NCBI GenBank assembly: GCA_937801655.1
Contig: CALMWC010000007.1
Span: 25,117-89,116, forward strand
Length of the DNA stretch: 64,000 nt
Origin: an uncultured Gammaproteobacteria bacterium
Lineage (GTDB): Bacteria > Pseudomonadota > Gammaproteobacteria > Steroidobacterales > UBA11654
Reading direction: 5' to 3'
The notes below the pieces were generated by a model. The model was not told the DNA's origin, made no database searches, and saw only the letters and a program-made list of their open reading frames with translations. A program made the position numbers and the translations under genes. The first letter of the stretch is position 1. Every line of letters starts with the position of its first letter. Of the stretch, positions 8,504 through 19,092 are shown one piece after another.

Positions 8504-10714
8504 ATGAAGCAGAATATAAAACTATCGATATTTTCATTGATTGCAGCGTCACTAATACTAACATTAGATGTCTATGCTCAAAATGAAGGTGGCCTAGAAG
8601 AGATTGTGGTTACAGCTCAAAAAAGATCTGAATCTTTGCAAGAAGTACCCATTTCTATCCAGGTTTTTTCATCCGATGATATCGAACGTCTCGCAGTTAC
8701 AAATACAATTGACTTAGTGAGAAATGTACCGGGTATGGTTGGTGTTACTAATGTGGGTCTACCACAAGCAGCAGCATATTTCATAAGAGGTATAGGGCAA
8801 GATGAATCCGTATCAACTCTTGATCCGGCAGTAGGAACTTTTGTTGATGGCGTCTTTTTATCAAGACAAATTGCTAACAATTCAAGATTGTATGATATTG
8901 AGAGCGTTGAAGTCCTGAAAGGACCACAAGGTACTTTGTATGGAAGAAGCACTACGGGTGGTGCAGTTCGTATTATTACCAAGAAGCCAACTGAGGAAAC
9001 TGAAGGCTGGTTTGATATTGCGTATGGTGAATACAACACTATAGAAGCTTCTGGAAAACTTAATTTTCCATTAGCTGATAATCTCTTCGCTAAGGTAACC
9101 ACTTTCTATATTGATCAAGAAGATGGATTTCTACAGAATGTCACCTTGAATAAAGACCAGTGGAAAAGAGATGCCAGAGGCGCCAGAGCACAACTAATGT
9201 ATGTTCCTAATGATCGCACAGAGATTTTATTCTCAGCAGAGTACTCTCAAGATGATACTGGAGGAGCTCAAGGCTCTAATAAACTGAGCGCTTGTTGTGG
9301 AGATGATTTATTTGTAGTTGAGAGTGGATTGGAAAATACTTGGGCCAGTACTGAATTAATGGCCTTGAGTGTGAAAGCAACAATGGATTTTGATAATTTC
9401 CAAATGGAAGTCATTGCTGCTGATCGTGATTTGGATCATAGCTTCAATAATGATTATTCCGACCAAATCGTTCCTGCTTACTCCATTCCAAACCTGAGTA
9501 ATCATCAGCAAACCAGTCTTGAGATTAATTTTACAGGCGAAGTCGATGGTGCCAATTATCCAGGAATCCAATGGGCTGTAGGCGCATCATATTATGACGA
9601 TGATAATGCTGTTCTTTTTGGCGATGCTTTATTCCTTTTTGGTGGAGCAGTGGCTGGAACATTCATGAGAGATCTAACCAACGTCACAGAAGCTCGAGCA
9701 ATATATGCTGATATCTCAGTTGAACTCGGCGGTGGATGGGGCATAACAGCGGGTGGAAGACTCACTAAAGATGAACGAGAAGTTAATGTAGAACAGTTTT
9801 TAGACTTAAATGGCGTTCCATGGCAAGCCAGAACACGAGCTAATTTTATGGATCGAAGTGGATGGTTATCAACAGCGGCTATAGGTCAACCTTTTGATAA
9901 TGCAACGGTTGAAGCACTTGGTACTAAAACTAAGCTTGAAGCTGATGAATTCACAAGTCGTGTTGTTCTGGACTATAAGAAGTCAGAGGATCTTATGTTC
10001 TATGCCAGTATTGCTGATAGTTTTAAGGGCGGTGGCTGGGCATCAAGAGTTACAGCTGCTGGTGATTTTAAAGATCTTAAGCCTGAATTTGTCACCAACT
10101 TTGAAATGGGAATGAAAAGTGAGTGGGCTAACGATACCGTTAGAGTGAATCTTACTTATTTCAGTGCAGATTATACGGATCTTCAAATCACAGCGATTGA
10201 TCAAAATACTGGAGCCTTTGTTTATTCTAATAAAGCCGATGCATCGGTTGATGGAATAGAAGGTGAATTTGTATATATAGCATCAGACAATCTTACCCTG
10301 TTTGCTAACCTTTCAACACTTGAAGGCAATTACACTGATTTAAGACCAGGAGCTGAAGGACTTGCGACTAAAGAATTAAAAAGAACTCCAGATTTCTCAT
10401 ATCGCTATGGTTTATTATACGATCAAGCTATTGAGTCAGGAGAGGTAGGTGTGACTGCAGTTATCAATAAAACAGATGAGTATTTCAGCAATCAAAACAA
10501 TACTCCCAATGGTTACAGACCAGCAGTGAGCAAGCTTGATTTTACAGTTACTTATCGACCTAATGATGGTGACTGGAGATTGATAGCAAGTTGTAATAAC
10601 TGTACTGATGAGAGGAATGCTAACTCCACTCTTGATTTTGGTACCTTAGGTTTTGTCACTCAATTCCAAGATATGCCAAGATTATGGAGAGTCTCATATC
10701 GATACGATTTCTAA
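8504..10714 (+). CDS. TonB-dependent receptor
   Basis: Signal peptide, TonB box LEEIVVTAQKR, plug motif VEVLKGPQGTLYGR, C-terminal YRYDF. Confidence 0.96.
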   Translation: MKQNIKLSIFSLIAASLILTLDVYAQNEGGLEEIVVTAQKRSESLQEVPISIQVFSSDDIERLAVTNTIDLVRNVPGMVGVTNVGLPQAAAYFIRGIGQDESVSTLDPAVGTFVDGVFLSRQIANNSRLYDIESVEVLKGPQGTLYGRSTTGGAVRIITKKPTEETEGWFDIAYGEYNTIEASGKLNFPLADNLFAKVTTFYIDQEDGFLQNVTLNKDQWKRDARGARAQLMYVPNDRTEILFSAEYSQDDTGGAQGSNKLSACCGDDLFVVESGLENTWASTELMALSVKATMDFDNFQMEVIAADRDLDHSFNNDYSDQIVPAYSIPNLSNHQQTSLEINFTGEVDGANYPGIQWAVGASYYDDDNAVLFGDALFLFGGAVAGTFMRDLTNVTEARAIYADISVELGGGWGITAGGRLTKDEREVNVEQFLDLNGVPWQARTRANFMDRSGWLSTAAIGQPFDNATVEALGTKTKLEADEFTSRVVLDYKKSEDLMFYASIADSFKGGGWASRVTAAGDFKDLKPEFVTNFEMGMKSEWANDTVRVNLTYFSADYTDLQITAIDQNTGAFVYSNKADASVDGIEGEFVYIASDNLTLFANLSTLEGNYTDLRPGAEGLATKELKRTPDFSYRYGLLYDQAIESGEVGVTAVINKTDEYFSNQNNTPNGYRPAVSKLDFTVTYRPNDGDWRLIASCNNCTDERNANSTLDFGTLGFVTQFQDMPRLWRVSYRYDF

Positions 10715-10745
10715 ATAATAATTTTAGATAATTGTTAATATAATT

Positions 10746-10771
10746 GGCCGGTAGCGATACCGGCCTTTTTT
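10746..10771 (+). terminator. Intrinsic terminator after TonB-dependent receptor
   Basis: GGCCGGTA-GCGA-TACCGGCC stem-loop followed by T6. Confidence 0.9.
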
Positions 10772-10779
10772 ATTAATGA

Positions 10780-11601
10780 ATGTTAATCATGGAAGTATTA
10801 AGTCAAACTGAAATAATCAGTATTATTATTCTAATCTTATTCTCAGGGTCGATCGCTGGAATATTAGCTGGGTTAATTGGTGTAGGTGGAGGTATTGTGG
10901 TTGTCCCTGTCCTCTTTTATTTGTTTACTTATTTGGATTATAACGAAGCCATTATTATGCATATGGCAGTTGCTACCTCACTCTTCATCATTGTTCCAAC
11001 GAGCATCAGATCGGCTCTACAGCATAGAAATAGAGGTGCATTTGATAATAAGGTTTTTAAACGTTGGCTTATTCCTCTTGCATTTGGTTCTTTATTGGGA
11101 AGTATTATTGCTAGTTTTTTATCTTTTGAAACATTAACTTTATTTTTTGCTGTAATAGCTGGTTTTGTTTCAATTCAAATGTTGAGAGACCAAAAAGAAA
11201 GAAAGTTACCAAAACTTATTTTCAATATTGCCCCTCTCTTTATAGGGTTCGTTTCAGCCATGATGGGTATTGGAGGTGGAACTCTCAGTGTTCCTGTTAT
11301 GAACTTGTCAGGTATAGAGATTAAAAAAGCTATAGGAACATCCGCTGCGTTTGGAACTGTTATTGCCATACCCTCTTCTATTGGTTTTATTATTACTGGA
11401 CTTTCCCAGTCTTCACTTTTGCCTGAATACACTATTGGCTATATCAACTGGTTATTTTTTATTTTAATAGTTCCTGTAACATTAATATTTGTTCCAATTG
11501 GTGTGAAAATAGCTCACAAAATACCTCAAAATATTCTGCGAAGATTGTTTGGTTTATTTTTAGGCATCACTGCTATCAAAATGTTTAGTGATTTGATTTA
11601 G
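10780..11601 (+). CDS. TSUP (TauE/SafE) family membrane transporter
   Basis: Duplicated GLIGVGGG / MMGIGGG motifs, AVATSL, AIGTSAA; about 8 TM segments. Confidence 0.9.
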   Translation: MLIMEVLSQTEIISIIILILFSGSIAGILAGLIGVGGGIVVVPVLFYLFTYLDYNEAIIMHMAVATSLFIIVPTSIRSALQHRNRGAFDNKVFKRWLIPLAFGSLLGSIIASFLSFETLTLFFAVIAGFVSIQMLRDQKERKLPKLIFNIAPLFIGFVSAMMGIGGGTLSVPVMNLSGIEIKKAIGTSAAFGTVIAIPSSIGFIITGLSQSSLLPEYTIGYINWLFFILIVPVTLIFVPIGVKIAHKIPQNILRRLFGLFLGITAIKMFSDLI

Positions 11602-11646
11602 AATTTAAACAGCCATACTGATCATCATTTGTTATGATTATTTTTT

Positions 11647-12093
11647 ATGAATAAATTAAATAAATTTCTTGAAGAACTGGCGTCTCCATTAAAAAAATAC
11701 GCCATCTATTTATTACGAATAGGTCTTGGCACTTCCTTTTTTCTTCATGGCTATGGAAAACTTCCAATCCAGCAGAGTTTTATTAGTTGGTTATCATCAA
11801 AAGGGATTCCATTAGCTGAAATTACTGCTCATTTAATTGCCTGGGGTGAAATAGTATCGGGTATTGGTATTCTAACAGGGGGTTTAATTGGATCTAGAGC
11901 TTATCTAGCAGGAGTTTTAATCACGAGATTATCAGGTGGAGCAGTAATGATTATAATGATCGGTGCTTTGTTAATAGCTCATTCTGATTGGGGTATTTTC
12001 TTTGGAGAAAGAGGATCTATTTTATTCGCTAGTGAACAGCTGTTTCTATTGCTCTTGGGTACTTATTTTGCAATTAAAGGAAACGATGCTTAA
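11647..12093 (+). CDS. DoxX family membrane protein
   Basis: LLRIGLG..F..HGYGK and AWGEIVSG motifs; 4 TM segments. Confidence 0.8.
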   Translation: MNKLNKFLEELASPLKKYAIYLLRIGLGTSFFLHGYGKLPIQQSFISWLSSKGIPLAEITAHLIAWGEIVSGIGILTGGLIGSRAYLAGVLITRLSGGAVMIIMIGALLIAHSDWGIFFGERGSILFASEQLFLLLLGTYFAIKGNDA

Positions 12094-12103
12094 TCGATAG
12101 TCA

Positions 12104-13822
12104 TTAGAAGCTAAGGGCTTGTGATTCTCCACTTCTTAACTGTTCTTCTATGTTCTTCATTTGGTTTTGCAATAAGGTAACTCTTTCAACTTCTTTGTCT
12201 AAAAACTTTTGCCAGTTTTGAACTGTTCTTACAGTTGCTGGTGTTGGGCACGAAATAACTTTTCCTTCAATTTCTTTACCCATATCCTTGAATGCTTTCT
12301 GCGTTTCCAATGTCACAGTTAGTGTTTCTCTATCCATTCCTTCGGAAGCAGCACATTCATTTAGAGCAATTTCATTTCTAGCATCGGCATCAATCTTAGC
12401 TGATGCAAATGATGCTTTAGAGTCCTCATACATAGCTACTTCAAATTGACACATGCCTAATGTGATATATGAATCATCCAATCGTTTAAGATCTCCTTTG
12501 TTGATCGCAACTTTAGCAGAATCCACACAGCCCTTAAAATCAGCTATGTTGGATAATGATCTAGCAAGTCTTATGTCTAATTCTCCATCGTCTGATAATT
12601 TTGCTGCTTCTCTCAAAGCAATAATTGCATTATCGTCATACTGAGCTAAAAACCAAGACTGTGATAGTAACTTCCAATTTTTAACTTCTTTATCCAATAA
12701 GTCTTCATCCATTGCTTTTTGAAGAAGTTTTGCTGCTTCATATGGCACTTCAACAGATAGATACAATTGAGCCATTTGAACAAATTCACTACTCTTTTCT
12801 AAGAATCCTTCGTGATATGCCGTTTGATAAGCAGCCATTTGGCTTTCTTCTTGCCTGTCTTGACCATAAAAAGCGGAAAGCTGAGTCCAATATTCTTTTT
12901 TAGACCATTCAACTACTAGTCGTTCAAGAACTTCTTTAACTTTATCCATTTCTTCTAATTCAAAGTAAGCTGCCCTTAAAAGCAACCACCATTGTTCTTT
13001 TGTAGGGCCGATGGCTAGATTTTTTACATCAGTTTCTAAACCTCTAATGGCTTCTTCTATAACGGGATAATCATCCGAACTTTTTCTTGTTGAAGCTAAA
13101 TCCATTTTCAGTTTATTTTTCACTTGATTGGCTAGGACAATGTAATCGAAATTATTTTTATCGTATTTAATTCTGTTTTCAGATGCAGCTGTTGTTACAT
13201 TTTTTTGCAGTTGCTCCAATCTAAAAGCATTTCTTTCTTCCGATAGCGTTATTGCTTGTTCAACTATTGGTATCATTTCTCTGTATTTTTTTTGTTGGTA
13301 TAGAGCTGAACCTTTTAAAATATATAAATCAGGTCTGGGTGCAGAATCATTAGCTAAAATGGAGTCCACTGCTTTGATAGCGTTTGTCCAATCTTCTAGC
13401 TGAAAATAGAGTTGAGCAATAGTAAACCTTGAAGCCGAGACCAATCCATCGGGTACATTCTCATCATCAACTACTTTTTGGTAATAAATGATAGCTCCTT
13501 TATAGTCTTCTTTTAGGTATTGCAGATATGCTAAGAAGTAGTTAACTTGTCCTCTTTCATAAGGCGATAGTTTTTTAAACGCCAATATACTTTGAAGTTC
13601 ACTTAATCCTTCATCAAGTTTTTCATTTTCTATAAGATCTTGAGCTACGCCTAGTTTCTTAGCAACTTTTTCACTCATTGAACCTGTTTTCTTAGTTTTT
13701 CTTTTAGCGTTTTCTTCTTGGGCATAGACCGATGAGAAGCTCAAGCTTTTATGTTCGTTATTAAACTCTAAAAAATTAATTAAAAGAGAAATAACAATGA
13801 ATAATACTATTTTAATTTTCAT
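12104..13822 (-). CDS. Periplasmic TPR protein of the TonB2 system (TtpD-like)
   Basis: Signal peptide, TPR-like helical repeats, PYEAAKLL motif; last gene of the ttpC-exbB-exbD-tonB operon. Confidence 0.8.
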   Translation of the reverse strand: MKIKIVLFIVISLLINFLEFNNEHKSLSFSSVYAQEENAKRKTKKTGSMSEKVAKKLGVAQDLIENEKLDEGLSELQSILAFKKLSPYERGQVNYFLAYLQYLKEDYKGAIIYYQKVVDDENVPDGLVSASRFTIAQLYFQLEDWTNAIKAVDSILANDSAPRPDLYILKGSALYQQKKYREMIPIVEQAITLSEERNAFRLEQLQKNVTTAASENRIKYDKNNFDYIVLANQVKNKLKMDLASTRKSSDDYPVIEEAIRGLETDVKNLAIGPTKEQWWLLLRAAYFELEEMDKVKEVLERLVVEWSKKEYWTQLSAFYGQDRQEESQMAAYQTAYHEGFLEKSSEFVQMAQLYLSVEVPYEAAKLLQKAMDEDLLDKEVKNWKLLSQSWFLAQYDDNAIIALREAAKLSDDGELDIRLARSLSNIADFKGCVDSAKVAINKGDLKRLDDSYITLGMCQFEVAMYEDSKASFASAKIDADARNEIALNECAASEGMDRETLTVTLETQKAFKDMGKEIEGKVISCPTPATVRTVQNWQKFLDKEVERVTLLQNQMKNIEEQLRSGESQALSF

Positions 13823-13823
13823 A

Positions 13824-14471
13824 CTATCTTTCTAACTCAAATGTAATTTTATGTTGAACCCCAGGAACATCGATTGGCGTTCCATTGATGACTCGAGGTT
13901 TGTATTTAAATTTAGCCGTTGCTTTAACAGAGGCATTTGCAAATAAGCTGCTTGTGCACTCAACTACTTTTGCACCACTTGTGGTTCCATTTCTTGTCAC
14001 TGTGTATTCAATGATACACCAACCCTCTATACCTCTTGAGAGCGCTCTGTTGGGATAAATTGGTGCTACTTTAACAATTGGTAGGTATTCACCTTCTCCT
14101 GCATTAAAGCCCCCTATTCCAGCACCAACACCGACACCTGTATCTACGGCACCAATATTAACAGTCTCAGCTGATGTATCTATATCATCGAGTTGTTGTG
14201 GTGTATCAGGGGGTGGCTCTTCTGGCTCTGGTGGTTTTTTTGGTTTTGCAGTTTTTGTATCCAATGATTCATCTTTTTTAACTCTGACAAAATCAACAAA
14301 GCGAAGATCATTTTTTTTAGTAATAGAATCTTCACCAGTAGCAATTAGAATTTGCATTAGCCAAAGGATAGAAAACGTAGTAAAAATAGAAATAAAGCCA
14401 GCTAATACAATCCTTATTATTGGATTACCTAGATCGATATTATTATTTGTTTGCTCTATTGCTTCAGACAT
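13824..14471 (-). CDS. tonB: Energy transducer TonB
   Basis: N-terminal TM, Pro-rich linker KPKKPPEPEEPPP, C-terminal PIYPNRALSRGIEG...FKYKP. Confidence 0.93.
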   Translation of the reverse strand: MSEAIEQTNNNIDLGNPIIRIVLAGFISIFTTFSILWLMQILIATGEDSITKKNDLRFVDFVRVKKDESLDTKTAKPKKPPEPEEPPPDTPQQLDDIDTSAETVNIGAVDTGVGVGAGIGGFNAGEGEYLPIVKVAPIYPNRALSRGIEGWCIIEYTVTRNGTTSGAKVVECTSSLFANASVKATAKFKYKPRVINGTPIDVPGVQHKITFELER

Positions 14472-14483
14472 GTTTACTTTTAT

Positions 14484-14891
14484 TTAATCTTCTTCTGCAG
14501 CAATTGAAACATTAAAAACTCCTGCTTGTCTCGCTGCGTCCATAACTGTTACCAATGTTTCTGTGAATGCTTTTTTATCAGCTTGAATGATCACTGAACC
14601 CTCAGGATTTTCTGCATGCATTCTTTCAATATTAGCTCTTACAGCCCTGGGATCAATTCTTCTTCGGTTAATCCAGATTTCATTATTAGAGCCAATTGCT
14701 ACTAGAATGTTTGCGTTCTCTTTTTTGACAGCTGTGGGGGCATCGGGTCTATTAACATCAAGACCTGATTCTTTTACAAACGAGGCTGTCACAATGAAGA
14801 ATATAAGCATGATGAAGACTACATCAAGCATTGGTGTTAAGTTAATTTCGGCTTCTTCTTCTGGAGCTGCCTGAAATAAATTTTTTCTCAT
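14484..14891 (-). CDS. exbD: Biopolymer transporter ExbD
   Basis: INLTPMLDVVFIMLIFFIVT and IQADK motifs. Confidence 0.95.
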   Translation of the reverse strand: MRKNLFQAAPEEEAEINLTPMLDVVFIMLIFFIVTASFVKESGLDVNRPDAPTAVKKENANILVAIGSNNEIWINRRRIDPRAVRANIERMHAENPEGSVIIQADKKAFTETLVTVMDAARQAGVFNVSIAAEED

Positions 14892-14913
14892 AATAAGTTA
14901 TCCTTTATCTGTC

Positions 14914-15432
14914 TTAATCGTCTTGACTAAGTTCTTCTTCTAAACTATCAACCTCAGTGGTTACCTTTTGTGTAAGTAATGTTGCAAGAAATACACCAGA
15001 GAGTGCACCAACCATTCCCGCCATCGTTGGTATTGTTGCTTTTGATACCCCAGAGGCCATTGAACGAGCATTACCGGAACCCGATACTGCCATTACATCA
15101 AACACCTCAATCATGCCTGTAACTGTTCCCATTAACCCAAGTAATGGACAAAGAGCTACCAAGGTTTTAATGATTGGTAGGTACTGGTTTGCTGACATAT
15201 TAAATTCGGAAATTAGCTTTTCTCTTAAGGCTTCTGAAGCCCAAGATTTTTTATCCATTCTTGCATTCCAAGTAGACTGAATGGCAGCTTTTAATGTTTT
15301 AAGTTCCGATTGAAAATATGCAATTCTCTCTAGAATTAACATCCACATAAGGAATATCACTACAGCAATAACATTAAGCACCTGTCCACCCATTTCTAGG
15401 AAATCTCTCACTGCTATAAATGTTTCAGTCAT
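14914..15432 (-). CDS. exbB: MotA/TolQ/ExbB proton channel (short ExbB)
   Basis: CPLLGLMGTVTGMI and MASGVSKATIPT motifs. Confidence 0.92.
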   Translation of the reverse strand: MTETFIAVRDFLEMGGQVLNVIAVVIFLMWMLILERIAYFQSELKTLKAAIQSTWNARMDKKSWASEALREKLISEFNMSANQYLPIIKTLVALCPLLGLMGTVTGMIEVFDVMAVSGSGNARSMASGVSKATIPTMAGMVGALSGVFLATLLTQKVTTEVDSLEEELSQDD

Positions 15433-15460
15433 AAAATGCTCTCTACTAATTATTTATGTC

Positions 15461-16822
15461 TTAGCTTGAATGTTTTTCAGAATGACGAGCAATTATACCT
15501 GCACCTTGTTCTTGGATGATTTGGGTAACCCTTCTGCTTCTTCCACTAACAATTGTATGCAGCAAAGTTGTTGGTATTGCAACGACTAAACCTAATACTG
15601 TGGTAACCAATGCCTGAGAAATACCACCAGCCATTAGTTTTGGATCACCTGTTCCATATAATGTTATGGCTTGGAAGGTTTTAATCATTCCTGTTACGGT
15701 TCCCAGTAGTCCCATCAATGGAGCAACAACTGATATAACTTTAATAATCATTAGGCCTTTGTTGAGATCAGGAGTTTCTTTAAATACTGCCTCAGCCATT
15801 TTGAGTTCAAGTGTATCAGTGTCTACATTTTTATTTTCTTCATAAACACCCAATACCCTTCCAAGAGGATTATCATCAGTGATTACATCACTTTCCAGTT
15901 GAGCAGTAACTTTTTTATCAGCTGCAGTAAGAACCACTAGCCTTTGTATTGCAATACTGACACCAAAAAAACCTAGAAGCAGAACCAAGTAACCCACAAT
16001 ACCACCTTGGTCAACTCTTTCTCTTAAGTTTGGTCTATCAACTAGAGAACCTAAGACACCACCCAATGTAGGATCAAGGCCAAAAGCAACTTTTTCATCT
16101 GATTCAACAAATATATCTGAAGTACTTTTAGTGAATCGTCTTCCTTCTGGTTGTCTCGGAATTTCTGTCACGTTACCAGTTTCCACTGAATAGTTAAGGT
16201 ATTTGCCATCGGCTACTATATTAAAAGCACCAACTCTGACAACCTCAATTGTGTTTTTAGTTCCATTTGTATCTATAACATCAGTGGAGAACTTAACCAC
16301 TTTTCCTGATTCAGTCATTTCTTTTTGAAGTTCAAACCAGAGTCTTTCAATCTCATCTATCGAGGGTAATTTTGAATTACTACCAATTTTCTTAGCTAGC
16401 CCTTCGAGAAATGGGACTCTATCTGGGTATTGAATATTAGTGAGAGAATTCTCAAAACGTGTTCTAGCATCACCAGCAACTTGCTGCATTACACCAAAGA
16501 GTTCTTTTAATGCACCTAGACGTTCGTTTAGAGTTTCTTGAAGTATATTAAGTTCTGCTTCATTTTCTTCAAAAATAGCTTCCAGCCTAGTGCTTCTATT
16601 TTCTTCATTTATTTTTGTGGATTCAGAGTCAGCCAACAATTCTTCTTGTTGATTTCTTTTTTGTCTAAACTCGTTTTCTCTTTTTTTATTTTCGGCATTG
16701 TCATTAATTTTGCCTTGTTGAACACGTTCAAGCAATTGATCAACTGTTGTTGCAGCTTGTTGAGAAAAAACAGGAAAAGATATTAGAGCAAGTAATCCTA
16801 TAATTATTTTAAAGTTTTTCAT
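15461..16822 (-). CDS. TtpC-type long MotA/TolQ/ExbB protein
   Basis: Large periplasmic coiled-coil N-terminus plus APLMGLLGTVTGMI...GDPKLMAGGISQAL C-terminal domain. Confidence 0.9.
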   Translation of the reverse strand: MKNFKIIIGLLALISFPVFSQQAATTVDQLLERVQQGKINDNAENKKRENEFRQKRNQQEELLADSESTKINEENRSTRLEAIFEENEAELNILQETLNERLGALKELFGVMQQVAGDARTRFENSLTNIQYPDRVPFLEGLAKKIGSNSKLPSIDEIERLWFELQKEMTESGKVVKFSTDVIDTNGTKNTIEVVRVGAFNIVADGKYLNYSVETGNVTEIPRQPEGRRFTKSTSDIFVESDEKVAFGLDPTLGGVLGSLVDRPNLRERVDQGGIVGYLVLLLGFFGVSIAIQRLVVLTAADKKVTAQLESDVITDDNPLGRVLGVYEENKNVDTDTLELKMAEAVFKETPDLNKGLMIIKVISVVAPLMGLLGTVTGMIKTFQAITLYGTGDPKLMAGGISQALVTTVLGLVVAIPTTLLHTIVSGRSRRVTQIIQEQGAGIIARHSEKHSS

Positions 16823-17595
16823 TATATTGTCTCCGCTGTGTCTACAGGCAGGATAACTAAATCAGGTGCAATCTGTTTCTTAGCAATTTTAAGGCCCATT
16901 TTTATTTCATTACGATGAGAGTCTGCATCTTCCCATTGCTTAGTTCTCTGATTCCAAACACCCGATGTTTTGCCATCAATGGATTGATACATGAAAGAGA
17001 TTCTTCCTACTTTAAGAAAATCTAATTGTAGAGTTTTTCCGTCAACATCTAATGTATCTTTATAGGTTTCAATAGTTTTACCATAGTCATTTTCTATTTG
17101 ATAAGCTTCAGAGACTTTTCTAAATTTTTCAGCAACAGTCACATCTTGTCTTTCCATAATTTCTTTTAGGCTGTCTACTCTTTTAGTTCTCTCATCCAAA
17201 AGAAAGGGAATATCTAGTGATACAAATTGATCCAATGACTCAATCATCTTTGTCATTGTTGGTACAATTTGTCTATTGATTTGTGAAGCAACAACAATTG
17301 ACTTTTCAAGGTCTACTTTTACTCTTGCTTGATTTTCAATCTGCAACTCTAAAAGTTTATTGTAGATTTGTAAGCCATCAATCTCTTTAAGCGTGGCTCT
17401 ATATTTGTCTTCCATTTTTCTTGTCTGTTCTACAACGGTGTCAACTCTTAGTTGTGAATCTTGAGCCAACAAGGTTCTCTCTGTCTGACCATTTAGAACC
17501 TGGCTTAATGTTTGAGCTGGAAGAATCATAGGTATAGCAATTAGCATAAAGCTAATGATTACTATATTTGTCGTTAGTCTATGAAAATGTTTCAT
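16822..17595 (-). CDS. DUF3450 family protein (first gene of TtpC-TonB2 operon)
   Basis: LDIPFLLDERTKR, EKFRKV.EAYQIE.DYG and LKVGRI motifs; start moved to ATG 17595, which has a GAGGGA RBS and gives a signal peptide. Confidence 0.85.
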   Translation of the reverse strand: MKHFHRLTTNIVIISFMLIAIPMILPAQTLSQVLNGQTERTLLAQDSQLRVDTVVEQTRKMEDKYRATLKEIDGLQIYNKLLELQIENQARVKVDLEKSIVVASQINRQIVPTMTKMIESLDQFVSLDIPFLLDERTKRVDSLKEIMERQDVTVAEKFRKVSEAYQIENDYGKTIETYKDTLDVDGKTLQLDFLKVGRISFMYQSIDGKTSGVWNQRTKQWEDADSHRNEIKMGLKIAKKQIAPDLVILPVDTAETI

Positions 17596-17796
17596 ATAGT
17601 TCCCTCGAATGATTTTTAAGTAATTAATTGGAGGACTTCTATCCTCACCAAAGTAGTTGATAATATCATAACCAATATATAGTCCAACAATAAATTTTGA
17701 ATTATTCATTAAATATTTTTTTTATCAATTAGCATAAATAAACAAATTATCTTAGTTTTTTGCATATATATATAACCTTTATTTATTGAATAGTAG

Positions 17797-17826
17797 TTGA
17801 CAAGGCAAAGGCTTAAGATGAATAAT
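17797..17826 (+). promoter_or_regulatory. Sigma70 promoter of the ilv-leu leader
   Basis: TTGACA (17797-17802), 18 nt spacer, AATAAT (17821-17826). Confidence 0.6.
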
Positions 17827-17832
17827 TGCAGA

Positions 17833-17937
17833 ATGAAACTTAATTATGAAAAAATATTAATTGATTTAAACTCACAAAGTATTATTTTGCTTGGGTTACT
17901 ACTGCTAGTTTTACCTAGTTATGGGGCGAATTATTAA
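17833..17937 (+). CDS. ilv-leu operon attenuator leader peptide (about 34 aa)
   Basis: ATG 17833 is in frame by coordinate with ...NYEKILIDLNSQS-IILLGLLLLVL-PSYGANY-TAA; Ile/Leu/Val codon run precedes the terminator. The printed block near 17831-17840 is hard to read, so the first codons are less certain. Confidence 0.75.
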   Translation: MKLNYEKILIDLNSQSIILLGLLLLVLPSYGANY

Positions 17938-17961
17938 TATTGCAAAGTTAATAAATAATTT

Positions 17962-19049
<1,088 letters not shown>

Positions 19050-19092
19050 ATGCTGATACGCACATAAGTTATATTTTTAAGGGAAGGTAAGA

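Noticed and set aside
17596-17709. 38-codon N-terminal extension of the DUF3450 ORF
   Set aside because: ATG 17595 has an RBS and yields a proper signal peptide; the extension is likely untranslated
17690-17775. Possible Fur box upstream of the TonB2 operon
   Set aside because: AT-rich sequence with no convincing match to GATAATGATAATCATTATC
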